From a bacterium (GTDB lineage Bacteria; Bacillota_I; Bacilli_A; RFN20; CAG-449), in NCBI GenBank assembly GCA_963623095.1, contig CAVFKD010000002.1:8615-72614 (forward strand): DNA of 64,000 nt. The letters are read 5' to 3'. The notes under the pieces are model-generated. The model made no database searches, was not told the origin of the DNA, and saw only the letters and a list, made by a program, of their open reading frames with translations. Position numbers and translations under genes: made by a program. Positions within the stretch are counted from its first letter, which is position 1. Each line of letters starts with the position of its first letter. This document shows, one piece after another, positions 51,870 through 60,736 of this stretch.

Positions 51870-53075
51870 TTATAATCCAACTTTAATAAAGTTCTTTTTA
51901 CCTTTTTTGATAATTAAACCTTTTTCAAGTTGAACTTTAGATATCATTAATTTAACATCGCTGACTTTAGTTTCATCAATAGATACTCCGCCTTGTTCAA
52001 CACTTCTTCTTGCTTCTGATTTAGATGGTAATAAGCCGCATGAAACAAGTAAAGTTAAAATATCAACTTGATCATCAACTAAAATTGAAGGATCAATCTT
52101 AGTTAATGGCATATCTTTATCTACTCCACCATTTTTAAATAATGCTTCTGCTTGTGCAAGAGCTTCTTTATAAGCATCTTCACCATGGATGAAAGTAATA
52201 ACTTCTCTTGCTAAAGCCTTATGTGCTTCACGAAGTTCAGGATGCTCTAAATTCTTCTTTTCTAATTCTTCAATTTCTTCTTTTGATAAGAAAGTTAAGA
52301 ATTTTAAATAATCGATAACTTTGCTATCTTCTGAATTGATAAAGAATTGATACATTTCAAATGGTGTAGTTTTATTTCTATCTAACCAAATAGCTTTACC
52401 ATTTGTTTTACCAAATTTAGTTCCGTCCGACTTAGTTAATAAAGGCATTGTAAAACCATATGCAGTTTTACCTTCTTTCTTTCTAATTAAATCAATACCC
52501 GCGGTAATATTACCCCATTGGTCTTGACCTGCGACTTGGAAAGTAACTCCTCTAGTTGTATATAAATGCCAGAAGTCTAATGCTTGTAAAGTCATATAAG
52601 AAAATTCTGTAAATGTAATTCCAGAATCAAGTCTTCTTCTAACAATATCTTTATTGATCATATAATTGACATTGAAATATTTACCAAAGTCTCTTAAATA
52701 ATCAATTAAATTTAATTTACCTAACCAATCGTAGTTATTAACAACTTCAAAACCAAATAATTTAGTTGCTTGTTCTTTTAAGCAATTAAAGTTGTGTTCA
52801 ACTTGTTCATGTGTAATCATTGGTCTTTCTGCATCTGGTTTTGGATCACCGATTAAACCTGTTCCACCTCCAACAAGTAAGATTGGATGATGGCCAGCAT
52901 CTTTTAATCTTTTTGAAATTAAAAAGCTTGAAAAGTGTCCAATGTGTAATGAATCTCCAGTTGGATCTGTACCAATGTAGAAAGTAACTTCTCCATTGTT
53001 GATTAAATCTTTAATCGCAGGATCGGATACATCTTTAATTAATCCTCTCCATTCTAATTCTTCATAAATTCCCAT
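51870..53075 (-). CDS. tyrS: Tyrosyl-tRNA synthetase
   Basis: Contains the HIGH motif (SLHIGH), the KMSKS variant KFGKT, and a C-terminal S4 domain. Confidence 0.96.
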   Translation of the reverse strand: MGIYEELEWRGLIKDVSDPAIKDLINNGEVTFYIGTDPTGDSLHIGHFSSFLISKRLKDAGHHPILLVGGGTGLIGDPKPDAERPMITHEQVEHNFNCLKEQATKLFGFEVVNNYDWLGKLNLIDYLRDFGKYFNVNYMINKDIVRRRLDSGITFTEFSYMTLQALDFWHLYTTRGVTFQVAGQDQWGNITAGIDLIRKKEGKTAYGFTMPLLTKSDGTKFGKTNGKAIWLDRNKTTPFEMYQFFINSEDSKVIDYLKFLTFLSKEEIEELEKKNLEHPELREAHKALAREVITFIHGEDAYKEALAQAEALFKNGGVDKDMPLTKIDPSILVDDQVDILTLLVSCGLLPSKSEARRSVEQGGVSIDETKVSDVKLMISKVQLEKGLIIKKGKKNFIKVGL

Positions 53076-53095
53076 ATTTTTTCTCCTTTACAAAT

Positions 53096-53336
53096 AAAAA
53101 ACGTCCCTATAAATAAGGACGAAAGAATCGTGTTACCACCTTAATTCGTAAATGATTCACACCATTTACCTCAGCGAGTTATATTAACTCAATACGTTAA
53201 CGAGTATTACTCGGCTTACTCTACATTATCAAGCAGCAGCTCCTAGATGTATTCATTTTTAACTTCTAATTGTTTTTCATCAACCAACAACTTTCTAAAT
53301 AGAGTTATTAAAAATTACTTCTTCTATTCATCGCTT
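53096..53336 (-). promoter_or_regulatory. T-box riboswitch leader, tyrosine-specific
   Basis: Minus strand stem I starts AGCGATGAATAGAAGAAGTA. The specifier is GAA-TAC-A (UAC at 53249..53251). The T-box sequence AATTAAGGTGGTAACACG is present. The terminator is CGTCC-TTATTTATAG-GGACG plus T6. Confidence 0.88.
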
Positions 53337-53346
53337 TATATCGAAA

Positions 53347-53375
53347 ATTATAAAAAAATAAGAAGTCATTGTCAA
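53347..53375 (-). promoter_or_regulatory. Consensus promoter of tyrS
   Basis: Minus strand reads TTGACA, 17 nt, TATAAT. Confidence 0.7.
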
Positions 53376-53386
53376 TCACTTCTTAT
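53352..53386 (-). terminator. Terminator after GH13/hydrolase operon (loop contains the tyrS -35 box)
   Basis: Minus strand reads ATAAGAAGT-GATTGACAATG-ACTTCTTAT followed by TTTTTTT. Confidence 0.7.
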
Positions 53387-54346
53387 TTAGTCTTTCAAAC
53401 ACTTATATATAAATTTATAAGTTGTGCTTTTATATAGTTTTTCATGTTCGAAGTTTACATATAAATGTTTACTGAATGGGAAATTATATAAATAGCATTC
53501 ACTCTTACATGCTTTTTTGTTTTTAATAGAAAATTCATTAGGAACAAAATTATCTCCAGATGAATATATTAAACAAACAGGAACATTACATCTTGATAAT
53601 GAATCTGTTGTATTGTGTCTTTTAATATTGACATTGAAATTACCGATAACTTTATTATTTAAACTCCATAAGATAAGTTTTCTCATTGGTAAAATAAAAT
53701 ATTGTCTTTTTAAAATATAATTTAGTTCATCATAGACAGAAGTAAAGCCAGATTCAGCGATAATACCTTTTACTTGGGGAGGTAAATCATCACATATGCT
53801 TAAAGCCATATATCCACCCATAGAACAACCTTCTAGAATAATAGAAATATCTTCACCTTTTAATTTAATTAAATAATCTATCATTGATAAAAGGTCTTTT
53901 CTTTCTTGTAAACCCATAGTGACATGTTCACAAGGTGACATAGGATTACCCCTATTTTCCATATAGACCATATTGAATTTTAAATCATCATAGATATATG
54001 AATGCATACCATAATTCTTTTCACATATAATTCCATATCCTGGGATTGATATTATATAGTTTTTAGAATCAGTATTTGAGTTTCTAAAATAAGCTTTAAT
54101 GTTATATCCATCAAACGCAGGAATTGAAATGATTTCATCAAAATAAAATTCCTTAACATTATTAAAAATATAATTATTAAAACGGCTTGTGGTTTTATTA
54201 CTATCTTTAAGAGATCTAAATTTAAAATGTATTTTATCTCTTAAAAATATTTTTTTATAGAAAATATTAGATATGCAAAAGCAGACTACAACCAGTAGTA
54301 AAATAATAACTGCAGCGATTATGTATAAAATATATACTCCTGGCAT
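53387..54346 (-). CDS. Membrane-anchored alpha/beta-fold hydrolase
   Basis: N-terminal TM helix and nucleophile elbow GCSMGG. Same architecture as 43531..44565. Confidence 0.72.
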   Translation of the reverse strand: MPGVYILYIIAAVIILLLVVVCFCISNIFYKKIFLRDKIHFKFRSLKDSNKTTSRFNNYIFNNVKEFYFDEIISIPAFDGYNIKAYFRNSNTDSKNYIISIPGYGIICEKNYGMHSYIYDDLKFNMVYMENRGNPMSPCEHVTMGLQERKDLLSMIDYLIKLKGEDISIILEGCSMGGYMALSICDDLPPQVKGIIAESGFTSVYDELNYILKRQYFILPMRKLILWSLNNKVIGNFNVNIKRHNTTDSLSRCNVPVCLIYSSGDNFVPNEFSIKNKKACKSECYLYNFPFSKHLYVNFEHEKLYKSTTYKFIYKCLKD

Positions 54347-54356
54347 AATACCCTCC

Positions 54357-56015
54357 TTAAATAATTTCTATAATTTTTACTTCAAACTTTTTCGCATCTA
54401 TTTCAATTTTAACTTGATCAACGAAATATTTTCTTGTGATGTGGATAATTCTATTTTCATCATCGATATCATCAACAATTAATTGACCTAGTTTTAATGC
54501 TTCATTGTCTTTTCTTATCTTAATCCAATGCTTGTAATAAGCAAGAACTTCTTCATCAATTTTATCTTTATCCCAAATCATTCCTCGACGGCAATCAGGA
54601 TCATCTTCTCCAATCATACCAACTTCATCACCATAATAAATCATTGGCATACCTGGAAGAACCATTTGTAATGCAAGTGCGAATTTTAATACTTTTTTCT
54701 TTTCTCCTACCTTGCTTAAGAATCTAGGAGTATCATGAGAATCAATTAAATTCCATAATAAATTTCTAATTCTTACATTCAATCTAGAATTAACATAATT
54801 GAAATCATCAATAAAATCAGAACATTTATATTTCTTATCGAGACATAATCTTTCTACTGATTTATTGAATTCATAATTCATAACAGTATCAAATTCATCA
54901 CCTTTAAGCCATTCACTTGCTTCATGCCATACTTCTCCAATAATTAAAGTTTCTGGTGCGATAGATTTAACATATTTTCTAAATTCTTTCCAGAATGAAT
55001 GAGGAATTTCATCCGCGACATCAAGTCTCCATCCATCAATTCCCATATCTAAATAAGTTTTAACAACTTTAAAGATATATTCTTTTACTTTAGGATTAGT
55101 GGTATTTAATTTAGGCATTCCTGAAGAATAACCAAATGTTAAATATGTTGGTAAAGCTTTAGATTGTTTTTCAAAATCAAATTTAACTGGGAATTTATTA
55201 ATGTAATACCAATCTTTATATTCGGATTTTTCTTGTTTCTTTAAAACATCTTGGAAAGCAAAGAATAACGCGGATGTATGATTAAATACTCCATCAAGAA
55301 TAATTCTAATGCCTTTTTCATGAGCTTTTGTAATTAATTCTTTTAAATCTTTTTTGCTACCGAAATCAGTATCGATTTTTAAATAATCTTCAATGACATA
55401 TTTATGATCAGTATGCGATTCAAAAATTGGTGTTAAATATAAAACTTCAACGCCTAAATCTTTTAAATAATCAAGTTTAGAAGTAATACCTTTTAAGCAT
55501 CCTCCGTATCTTTTTTGTTCTCCTGCGACAGGAAGTTCATACCAAGATTCATCTGTATTTCCATCTTTTCTTGCGAAACGATCAACAAATATTTGATAGA
55601 CAATACTACCTTTAGCCCAAGAAGGAATAACGAATAATTCATCATCTTTTACTGAAGTAGAAAAATCAAACATGTAATCTAAATCAGAAATAGGTTCATC
55701 AAAGAAATGATAATTACCATAGTAAGTAACTTCTTTATCATCTTTTAAAATGAAGAAATATCTAACGCATAAAGCATTGGAATCTAAAATGATTTCATAA
55801 TAGTCAAATAATTCATCAGAGAATGATTTATGCATTTGAGATTGATAAACTTCTCCTTCATCAACTCCATATTTATTTAAATATTTATCACAGAAAGCAA
55901 GATAAACACTAGTTACATCATCTTTCTTAGTACGTAACTTAATAACATATTTACCTTTTTCTAACGCATAGACGAATTCTTTATCCATCTTATGACAAAC
56001 TGCTTCTTTGATCAT
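54357..56015 (-). CDS. GH13 alpha-amylase family enzyme (neopullulanase/cyclomaltodextrinase-like), cytoplasmic
   Basis: GH13 regions are DGVFNHTS, GWRLDVADE, EVWH and LIDSHDTPR. No signal peptide. Confidence 0.88.
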   Translation of the reverse strand: MIKEAVCHKMDKEFVYALEKGKYVIKLRTKKDDVTSVYLAFCDKYLNKYGVDEGEVYQSQMHKSFSDELFDYYEIILDSNALCVRYFFILKDDKEVTYYGNYHFFDEPISDLDYMFDFSTSVKDDELFVIPSWAKGSIVYQIFVDRFARKDGNTDESWYELPVAGEQKRYGGCLKGITSKLDYLKDLGVEVLYLTPIFESHTDHKYVIEDYLKIDTDFGSKKDLKELITKAHEKGIRIILDGVFNHTSALFFAFQDVLKKQEKSEYKDWYYINKFPVKFDFEKQSKALPTYLTFGYSSGMPKLNTTNPKVKEYIFKVVKTYLDMGIDGWRLDVADEIPHSFWKEFRKYVKSIAPETLIIGEVWHEASEWLKGDEFDTVMNYEFNKSVERLCLDKKYKCSDFIDDFNYVNSRLNVRIRNLLWNLIDSHDTPRFLSKVGEKKKVLKFALALQMVLPGMPMIYYGDEVGMIGEDDPDCRRGMIWDKDKIDEEVLAYYKHWIKIRKDNEALKLGQLIVDDIDDENRIIHITRKYFVDQVKIEIDAKKFEVKIIEII

Positions 56016-56075
56016 AAATTTTCTCCTTACGCTTATATAAGTATATCATACTTATTAAGAATTACAAATTAACTC

Positions 56076-56597
56076 TTAATATGATTTTAACTTCTTAACG
56101 TATTTAAATGTTTCTTTTTCACCTTTTTGTTTTAACATTGTAAGCCATTTTTCTAATTCATTATAAGTTTCTATATGCATTTGGCATTTAGCTTCATGCG
56201 ATATTAAATAGATTAAAGGATCTTCATTTTTATAATCTTTTCCTTTATATGTCTTACTTGCTGCGATACGATCTGCGAACATTTCTTTTAAATATTTTAA
56301 TGGCATCTTAATAGGTCCATATCCTCCAGAAGGAACTATATCTGACCAATATTCGAAATGATGTTTATTTCTACCCTTATGGTGTAACCACGCTTTTGAA
56401 TAACCATGTAGTTCTCTTTCTTTTGCATTTGGAGAACGATTACCTTGATAATATTTCGCTCCTGGAATGAATTCAGTTAATGAATATTTTGATAAATCAT
56501 GAACCATTCCTTGGAAAGGTATCCCTATTTTAAAACATATGTGTCTTACTTTATGACGATGTTTTGTAATAGTTATAAAATGTTTAATAGGATGCAT
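56076..56597 (-). CDS. Hypothetical His-rich protein (DUF5662-like by recollection)
   Basis: Contains HDLSKYS and LHHKGRNKHHFEYW. The start abuts the stop of the upstream flavoprotein gene. Confidence 0.5.
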   Translation of the reverse strand: MHPIKHFITITKHRHKVRHICFKIGIPFQGMVHDLSKYSLTEFIPGAKYYQGNRSPNAKERELHGYSKAWLHHKGRNKHHFEYWSDIVPSGGYGPIKMPLKYLKEMFADRIAASKTYKGKDYKNEDPLIYLISHEAKCQMHIETYNELEKWLTMLKQKGEKETFKYVKKLKSY

Positions 56598-58196
56598 TTA
56601 ATTACCTCCTTGATATTTATTTTTGATGAATTCACCAACTCTAAGTCCATCGACCATACTTGAAGTAATTCCTCCAGCATATGAAGCACCTTCTCCACAT
56701 GGGTAAATTCCTCTTATATTTGTTTGACCAAATTCATCTCTTAAAATATGAATTGGTGAAGAAGATCTAGTTTCTACACCAGTTAATATATTATCTTCAT
56801 TTTTAATCGATGTTAATTTATTTCCTAAAGATATTAATCCCATTTTCAAAGATTCTGCGATAAAAGAAGGTAAAATTTCATCTAATGAAGCAAAATAATA
56901 TCCAGGTTTATAACTAGGAATTACCTTACCAATATGGGTAGATTTTTTTCCTTTAATAAAATCTCCAACAAGTTGAATAGGCGCAAAATATGGATAATCT
57001 TTATTAAATGCCTTCTTTTCAATACTCTCTTGGAAATACATACCATCTAAAGGATTACCTTTATAATAATCTTCGACATTAACAGAAACTAATATCGCCG
57101 AATTAGCGTTTTCTAAATCTCTTTTAAAATAACTCATTCCATTAACTAATATTGAATTTTCTTCTGTATTAGAAGCAACTACTTCTCCTCCAGGGCACAT
57201 ACAAAAAGAATATACACCTCTTCCATTAGGTAAATGAGTAACTATTTTATATTCTGCCGGAGGAAGATCATATTTTAAATTATCTTTCCCGTATTGAGCG
57301 ATATTAACTTCTTTTTGAAGCATTTCAAGTCTTACACCAATAGAAAATGGTTTAGGATTAATATTTACTTTCTTATCTAATAACAATTTAAAAGTATCTC
57401 TTGAAGAATGACCAATCGCTAAAATCAAATCATCGGTAATAAATTCTTTAATTTCGTTAGTTTTTAAATCTAATACTCTAACTTTATTAACATGATCATC
57501 GATCGTATCAAAATCAATAAATTTATGTTCAAAGTATACTTCTCCACCTAGAGAAATAATCTTATTACGAATATTTTTTACAACATTTCTTAGATTATCA
57601 CTTCCAATATGTGGATGTGCGAGATAACCAATTTCTTTTGGTGCTCCATATTCAATTAAAGTATCTAAAATAAATCTAATGCGATCATCTTTGATTCCAG
57701 TCATTAATTTGCCATCAGAAAAAGTACCTGCACCACCTTCTCCAAAACAAACATTGCTTTTAGGATTAAATACGCCTTCATTTTTAAAGCTTTCCACATC
57801 TTTAATACGCGAATCAACATCTTTACCCATTTCAATAACAATTGGTTTTAATCCAGCGTTTGCTAAATAATAAGCGCTCATTAATCCACATGGTCCTAAA
57901 CCTACAACTATAGGTCTAGAATTTGATTTTAATAAAGGAATAATATATTCATCTTTTTTAGAATCATATAATTTAACATTCTTATTATTAGAAAAATCAA
58001 AGTCTTTATTTAAAATAACTCTTAAAGAATATACGTATAATAAAGAATTCTTTTTTCTTGCATCGAGAGCTTTTTTAACAATCTTGTAAGATTCAATATA
58101 TTTTTTATCTATGCTTAAAAAAGAAGATAATTTATCTTTTAATACATCTTCTTTTTCATATATTTTCAATGTGAGGTTGTTTACTACAATTTCCAT
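56598..58196 (-). CDS. FAD-dependent oxidoreductase, COG2509 type (second paralog)
   Basis: ORF track starts at TTG 58208. ATG 58196 follows GGTGA. Contains VVGLGPCGL, GGAGTFSDGKL, FCMCPGG and PCGEGASYAGGITSSMVDG. Confidence 0.75.
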   Translation of the reverse strand: MEIVVNNLTLKIYEKEDVLKDKLSSFLSIDKKYIESYKIVKKALDARKKNSLLYVYSLRVILNKDFDFSNNKNVKLYDSKKDEYIIPLLKSNSRPIVVGLGPCGLMSAYYLANAGLKPIVIEMGKDVDSRIKDVESFKNEGVFNPKSNVCFGEGGAGTFSDGKLMTGIKDDRIRFILDTLIEYGAPKEIGYLAHPHIGSDNLRNVVKNIRNKIISLGGEVYFEHKFIDFDTIDDHVNKVRVLDLKTNEIKEFITDDLILAIGHSSRDTFKLLLDKKVNINPKPFSIGVRLEMLQKEVNIAQYGKDNLKYDLPPAEYKIVTHLPNGRGVYSFCMCPGGEVVASNTEENSILVNGMSYFKRDLENANSAILVSVNVEDYYKGNPLDGMYFQESIEKKAFNKDYPYFAPIQLVGDFIKGKKSTHIGKVIPSYKPGYYFASLDEILPSFIAESLKMGLISLGNKLTSIKNEDNILTGVETRSSSPIHILRDEFGQTNIRGIYPCGEGASYAGGITSSMVDGLRVGEFIKNKYQGGN

Positions 58197-58235
58197 AATT
58201 TTCACCAACGAAGTTATTTTAACATTTTTAAATAT

Positions 58236-58652
58236 TTATTTTAATTCTTTGTTATTTAATATTTTCTTTTTTTCACGATAAAATTTATCAAGGCTGATAT
58301 TAAGAATCTCCGCGGCTTTTTTCGCTGTCATTTCTTTTTTTGAAATAAGTTCAAGGCATTCCATCATTTTAACGCGGGATACTTCAATTGGTTTTCTTCC
58401 CTTATAAGCGCCTTCTTTTTTCTTTATTTCAATTCCTTTTAATTGATTTAGTTTTAAATTCTTATAACTTTTTTGATATAGATAATAAAGAAATTTAAAC
58501 ACTTCTTTTTTTGATAATAAAGAACCATCCTTCATTGTTACGTTATTTCCTAAAGCGATATTATTTAAAACATATTTAATAATCGCAGGAGTTGTATTTT
58601 TTCCTTTTATATCTTCCACGACTACATTTTGATAATCTTCAAAATAAGTCAT
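58236..58652 (-). CDS. Serine-recombinase-derived HTH protein lacking the catalytic domain
   Basis: The C-terminal half QLKGIEIKKKEGAYKGRKPIEV...MTAKKAAEILNISLDKFYR matches the resolvase/invertase E-helix plus HTH. The N-terminal 65 aa have no YxRVS(T/S)xxQ catalytic motif. Confidence 0.6.
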   Translation of the reverse strand: MTYFEDYQNVVVEDIKGKNTTPAIIKYVLNNIALGNNVTMKDGSLLSKKEVFKFLYYLYQKSYKNLKLNQLKGIEIKKKEGAYKGRKPIEVSRVKMMECLELISKKEMTAKKAAEILNISLDKFYREKKKILNNKELK

Positions 58653-58714
58653 ATAAAAATTATCGCCAGAATATTTATTTGTCGTTCTACATAAATATTC
58701 AATAGGGTATCATT

Positions 58715-59605
58715 TTATTTTTGCAAATTATTATCGTTTATAAATACTAATCTGTTGTCTTTAAAATAATTTTTAATTCTTTTTGCGTTGCTTAAGTATG
58801 ATAAATAACTTCTTACTGTCGATAATATAAGCATATATTTATTGTAAGATATCTTTAAATTATAATGTTCAAAGATATGCGCGGTACATTCAGTACAATT
58901 ATGTTCTTCTTTTAAATAATCCAATAATACTTCAATAATCTCGCTTACTTTATCTTGGTTATATAATACAACTGGTTTGATATTAGTTGTTACTTCACTA
59001 TGAGATGGAACAACTATCTTTCCATCTAAAGAAGCAACAAAATCTAATGAATTGATATAACCTTTAACATCATATATTAATAAGATATGTTGTTTGTCGA
59101 TTAATGATATAGATCCTAATGTATCTGCGACAAAATATACTTCATCTATAGTTTTAATCCCTATCATTCCATAGTGATGTCCTGGTAAATGAAAATAAGT
59201 TAAACCTTGAGGTATTTCACTTAAACCATATATTTCATCATTTTCTTCAATGTGCATTAATTTGCCATCGTATTCATCAAGAGGATATCCTCCATAAAGA
59301 AAACCAATATCTAATTTAGGATCTCTAAAAAATCCTCTTTCAACCTTACTTGCGATCATTTTAGGATGATATTTTTCATTTAAATAAGTACAAGCTCCTG
59401 AATGATCGGCATGGCAATGAGTGAAGATTAAATATTTTAAATTGAAATGATTATCTTTTAATACCTTATCAACATATGGAGCGTCATAAGAAGATCCGCA
59501 ATCGATGAGGCATACATCTTTTGAATCATTTAAAACATATAAACCAATGTTTGTTGGTCCATCAATATAATAAGTATTTCCTTTTAAGTGGTGTAATTGA
59601 TACAT
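58715..59605 (-). CDS. MBL-fold metallo-hydrolase
   Basis: Contains the HCHADHSG (HxHxDH) motif and a downstream HLPGHH. Confidence 0.8.
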   Translation of the reverse strand: MYQLHHLKGNTYYIDGPTNIGLYVLNDSKDVCLIDCGSSYDAPYVDKVLKDNHFNLKYLIFTHCHADHSGACTYLNEKYHPKMIASKVERGFFRDPKLDIGFLYGGYPLDEYDGKLMHIEENDEIYGLSEIPQGLTYFHLPGHHYGMIGIKTIDEVYFVADTLGSISLIDKQHILLIYDVKGYINSLDFVASLDGKIVVPSHSEVTTNIKPVVLYNQDKVSEIIEVLLDYLKEEHNCTECTAHIFEHYNLKISYNKYMLILSTVRSYLSYLSNAKRIKNYFKDNRLVFINDNNLQK

Positions 59606-59606
59606 A

Positions 59607-59819
59607 CTAGTCTTCCTTCTTTCCAGGAACTAAAGTTGCATTAAACATTGATAAAGCAACATTTACTTTATCCATTCTTAAAGTTTCTTTCCCTTGCTCT
59701 AATTCTCTAACAAATCTTAATCCAAGTCCTGAACGCATCGCGAATTCGACTTGAGTGAGACCTGCTTCTTTTCTTTTTTGTTTAACAAATTTACTCACAT
59801 TATTCATACTATCACCCAT
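59607..59819 (-). CDS. XRE-family helix-turn-helix regulator (70 aa)
   Basis: HTH segment LTQVEFAMRSGLGLRFVRELEQGK. The stop lies 1 nt before the MBL gene ATG. Confidence 0.8.
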   Translation of the reverse strand: MGDSMNNVSKFVKQKRKEAGLTQVEFAMRSGLGLRFVRELEQGKETLRMDKVNVALSMFNATLVPGKKED

Positions 59820-59826
59820 ATCAATT

Positions 59827-59844
59827 TATACCTTTTAAGGTATA
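59827..59844. promoter_or_regulatory. Palindromic operator candidate O1 (TATACC-N6-GGTATA)
   Basis: TATACCTTTTAAGGTATA lies 7 nt upstream of the HTH gene ATG. Confidence 0.55.
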
Positions 59845-59867
59845 ATTACAACTCAAATTATATCTTT

Positions 59868-59885
59868 TATACCCTTTAAGGTATA
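59868..59885. promoter_or_regulatory. Palindromic operator candidate O2 (TATACC-N6-GGTATA)
   Basis: TATACCCTTTAAGGTATA lies 41 bp centre-to-centre from O1 and overlaps the -35 region of a TATAAT-containing promoter. Confidence 0.55.
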
Positions 59886-59892
59886 TTACGCA

Positions 59893-59916
59893 TAATAAAA
59901 AGGCTCATAAGAGCCT
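59893..59916 (-). terminator. Terminator after sirtuin gene
   Basis: Minus strand reads AGGCTC-TTAT-GAGCCT followed by TTTTTATTAT. The hairpin overlaps the stop codon. Confidence 0.7.
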
Positions 59917-60736
59917 AAATAATATCATTAATATCGCCATTATATGTATAAGATTGTTTCTTTATCTCATGAGGAATCATAATATAGCCTTTATCAATAC
60001 ATACATATTTTGCATTTGCATTACGATATGTATTTTGTAAGAAAGGATATTTAATCCATACAGGAGTTGAATAACCTACTCCTAGTTCTAAATAAAGAAT
60101 CTTTTTATTTCTATTTTCTTTTATAAAGTGATCGAAATTAGCTTTTGCTTTATACCAACCTTCATCTTGAACAAATAAATCATCACATCTTAAATTTGTA
60201 GTCATTGGTTTTCCACATATTGGACAATAAGGTATTAAAGAAGAAGGTATTTTATGATCTTCATTAATATTAGAAATCATCTTCATAATAATATCTTTAT
60301 TATCATATGTTTTATTATGACAAGGAACGCTACATTGGATTAAACCATAGTCTCCTTGCATATAATAAATTCTTTCTTTATCAAAACCTGCGAGGTTAAA
60401 TTGATGATCAACATTTGAAGTAATAACAAAATAATTCTTATCTTTAACTAATTCTAATAATCTTTTATATAAAGGTTTTGCTCCTTCTTTATAACGATTT
60501 AAATAGATAAATTTGCTCCAATATCCCCACATACTTTCTAAAGAATCAAAGTCATGGAAACCCGCGGAATACATATCGTTATATCCATATAAATCATGCA
60601 TATACTTAAAATTATCTAAGAAGTTTTTTCCTCCGTATTCAAATCCTGCCGCAGAAGATAGTCCTGCACCGGCACCAATACAGATAGAATCCGCTTCATT
60701 TATTAATTCAATCAATGTTTCTTTTGTAATATTCAT
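59915..60736 (-). CDS. SIR2-family protein of the macrodomain-linked (SirTM-like) class
   Basis: Contains GAGAGLSSAAG, TSNVDHQF and the zinc ribbon CSVPC...CPICG. Gln (MQGDYG) sits where canonical sirtuins have the catalytic His. Overlaps the macrodomain gene by 29 nt. Confidence 0.75.
   Translation of the reverse strand: MNITKETLIELINEADSICIGAGAGLSSAAGFEYGGKNFLDNFKYMHDLYGYNDMYSAGFHDFDSLESMWGYWSKFIYLNRYKEGAKPLYKRLLELVKDKNYFVITSNVDHQFNLAGFDKERIYYMQGDYGLIQCSVPCHNKTYDNKDIIMKMISNINEDHKIPSSLIPYCPICGKPMTTNLRCDDLFVQDEGWYKAKANFDHFIKENRNKKILYLELGVGYSTPVWIKYPFLQNTYRNANAKYVCIDKGYIMIPHEIKKQSYTYNGDINDII

Noticed and set aside
56016-56075. Palindrome ATAAGTAT-GAT-ATACTTAT in the spacer before the GH13 gene, considered as a terminator or operator.
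   Set aside because: It has no downstream T-run, so it is not a convincing terminator. No cognate regulator lies nearby, so it is left uncalled.
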